Shown here piece after piece: positions 36,689 to 37,484 of a DNA stretch of 37,484 nt. Position 1 is the stretch's first letter, and each line of letters begins with the position of its first letter. The position numbers were made by a program, and so were the translations under genes. This stretch comes from Paraglomus brasilianum (Eukaryota), in the NCBI GenBank assembly GCA_910592345.1, contig CAJVPI010000273.1, positions 1 to 37,484 of the forward strand. The letters are read 5' to 3'. The notes beneath the pieces are model-generated. The model saw nothing but the letters and a program-made list of their open reading frames with translations. It did not search any database and was not told the origin of the DNA.

Positions 36689-37011
36689 TTAAATATATTC
36701 TTCCGATACATCCAAATCTTCGATCTCAGCCTTGACAAGATGCTTCCCCGGAATCATGACCAAGCCCACAAATCTCTTCTCATCTAAAGTAGACTTCTCG
36801 TTTACCCTTTGATCTGGTATCCTTTTTCCAAAGTCGATTATGTTTTGACCCACTTACCATCTCGATATTCGTCTGTATGTGCTAATATCATATTCTTGTA
36901 TTTGTCAACGCATACAAATGTTCCGAAGAATATACGCCCATCCGAGACTGCGATTTTGGCCTTTAAATTAAGGTAGGAACGTAATTGACGGATCTTTGGT
37001 GTGTCAGCCAT
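36689..37011 (-). CDS. NAA38: LSM-domain protein, NatC auxiliary subunit NAA38/MAK31-like, 2 exons
   Basis: LRSYLNLKAKIAVSDGRIFFGTFVCVDKYKNMILAHTDEY|..RFVGLVMIPGKHLVK. This is an Sm1/Sm2 fold without the long SmB tail. Confidence 0.8.
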
Positions 37012-37332
37012 CAAGACAAGTTGCACTCGGTTGCTTTACAAAATCATGTGACAATTGAAACAAGAATGGAATTACTTAGTGATGGTAAAGCTATTACTAT
37101 TATTGTTCAAACATTCACAACAATAAAATAGTACAAAAGGGAGAAAACGTAGTTTATATCACTAATAAAAGTAAATTTTCAGATAGGTAGCTCATCGCCC
37201 TAACAGATTTGGAGATTGGATAATGTTTGGGACGATGGTGTTCATTAGCTCTTGCCAAATAAGGCATTAGTTGAACAATAACAACGTAAAATTTTGACCG
37301 CAAATAGCAACTCAACCACATTGTGTCAGTAT

Positions 37333-37432
37333 CAGAGTATGTGTTACGGCCCATTCTGAGAATTAGCCCATTCTAAGAATGGGCCAGCCCGTTCTAGGAT
37401 TCCCGACATGGGCCAGCCCATTTCAAGATGGG
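37333..37432. repeat. Cluster of palindromic GCCCATT/ATGGGC motifs, probably a DNA-transposon subterminal region
   Basis: ggcccattctgagaat, gcccattctaagaatgggc (palindrome), gcccgttctag and atgggccagcccatttcaagatggga. Confidence 0.6.
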
Positions 37433-37484
37433 ACAATTACAAAAAATTTTTTATCACAGTAACACACATATAACATACAGGTCT

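Overview
Eukaryotic, intron-rich, AT-rich fungal DNA. The expanded kinase, Crinkler-like and F-box families suggest Glomeromycota (inference). The core genes are SUV3 helicase, an F-box/LRR protein, tubulin cofactor C, a macro-domain protein, an intronless TPR protein, a CDC48-family AAA ATPase, an orphan membrane protein, TMEM184/OST-alpha, dienelactone hydrolase, sorbitol/xylitol dehydrogenase, twinfilin, an EEP hydrolase and an LSM protein like NAA38/MAK31. Accessory DNA lies at about 1-2.6 kb, 17-20.5 kb and 24.4-30.1 kb. It holds kinase and Crinkler-like pseudogenes, several MITEs and a decayed virus/Polinton-like block with a fused SF1 helicase-HNH nuclease. The most striking feature is a ~980-bp non-coding element (1166-2151). 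Its + strand folds into a long imperfect rod with a multibranched tip and a visible excess of G-U pairs. It is closed by a 9-bp terminal stem and appears to be inserted into the 5' end of a kinase gene. I could not assign it to any known RNA class. All calls were made by eye, without database searches.
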